From a bacterium (GTDB lineage: Bacteria; DUMJ01), in NCBI GenBank assembly GCA_049970495.1, contig JBMFMV010000039.1, positions 1 to 17,696 on the forward strand: a DNA stretch of 17,696 nt, in the 5' to 3' direction. The notes beneath the pieces were generated by a model. It was given only the letters and a program-made list of their open reading frames with translations. It made no database searches and was not told where the DNA came from. Of the stretch, positions 17,205-17,696 are shown piece after piece; position 1 is the first letter of the stretch, and the number at the start of each line of letters is the position of its first letter. The position numbers and the translations under genes were made by a program.

Positions 17205-17696
17205 ATGCTTATAGGCGGATTACAGAAGTTTTCACTTATAGACTATCCTGGAAAGATCTCTGCTGTAATCTTTACTAAAGGGTGCAACTTTAGGTGCCCT
17301 TACTGTCATAACCCAGAATTAGTAATCTTTGATGGGAAGGATCTTATAGAGGAAGATTATATATTCTCTTTTTTGAGAGAAAAAAGGGGCAAACTCGATG
17401 GAGTTGTATTGACTGGAGGAGAACCTACCCTCCAGTCAGACCTTATTAATTTCCTGAAAGAGATAAAAGGTCTAGGATTTTTTACAAAATTAGATACTAA
17501 TGGGAGTAATCCAGAGGTAATAGAAAGACTTTTAGAAGAGAAAATACTAGATTATATTGCCATGGATATAAAGGCAAATTTAGAAAAGTATAATGATGTA
17601 ACGCATAGTAATGTTGACATTGAAAAGATAAAAAAGAGTATAGATATCATAATGCACTCAGGAATAGACTATGAGTTTAGGACAACTATAGTTAGG
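17205..17696 (+). CDS. nrdG: Anaerobic RNR activating radical-SAM enzyme; partial, runs off the right edge
   Basis: Manual translation from ATG 17205: MLIGGLQKFSLIDYPGKISAVIFTKGCNFRCPYCHNPEL...DGVVLTGGEPT...KLDTNGS...DYIAMDIK...YEFRTT. CxxxCxxC present; the frame is open to the window end. Confidence 0.93.
   Translation, partial: MLIGGLQKFSLIDYPGKISAVIFTKGCNFRCPYCHNPELVIFDGKDLIEEDYIFSFLREKRGKLDGVVLTGGEPTLQSDLINFLKEIKGLGFFTKLDTNGSNPEVIERLLEEKILDYIAMDIKANLEKYNDVTHSNVDIEKIKKSIDIIMHSGIDYEFRTTIVR

Noticed and set aside
1..17696. CRISPR array, tRNA, rRNA or riboswitch
   Set aside because: No regularly spaced repeats, cloverleaf or recognisable conserved RNA motif was seen in the intergenic regions by eye. 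An Infernal/Rfam scan would be decisive.

Overview
AT-rich bacterial chromosomal window, probably from an anaerobe (class III RNR present). Left to right: (1) the 5' ~464 codons of a minus-strand PAPS-reductase-family gene resembling SspD/BrxP of DNA phosphorothioation defence systems, missed by the ORF track because it runs off the left edge; (2) a hypothetical lipoprotein; (3) a GntR-regulated module made of an orphan family-5 ABC solute-binding protein and an ADP-ribosylglycohydrolase-family enzyme, with four operator-like boxes over the divergent promoters; (4) a Cu(I) P1B-ATPase whose last six codons and stop are supplied by a 510-bp internally deleted IS; (5) a second, IS1634-like remnant; (6) a two-gene operon encoding a multi-pass membrane protein with a spermidine-synthase-like domain and a signal-peptide-bearing, motif-divergent L-isoaspartyl methyltransferase homologue; (7) a membrane-anchored metallophosphoesterase; (8) an nrdD-dcd-nrdG operon, with nrdG truncated at the right edge and absent from the ORF track. 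No rRNA, tRNA or CRISPR array was seen. All family assignments come from motif recognition by eye, not from database searches.
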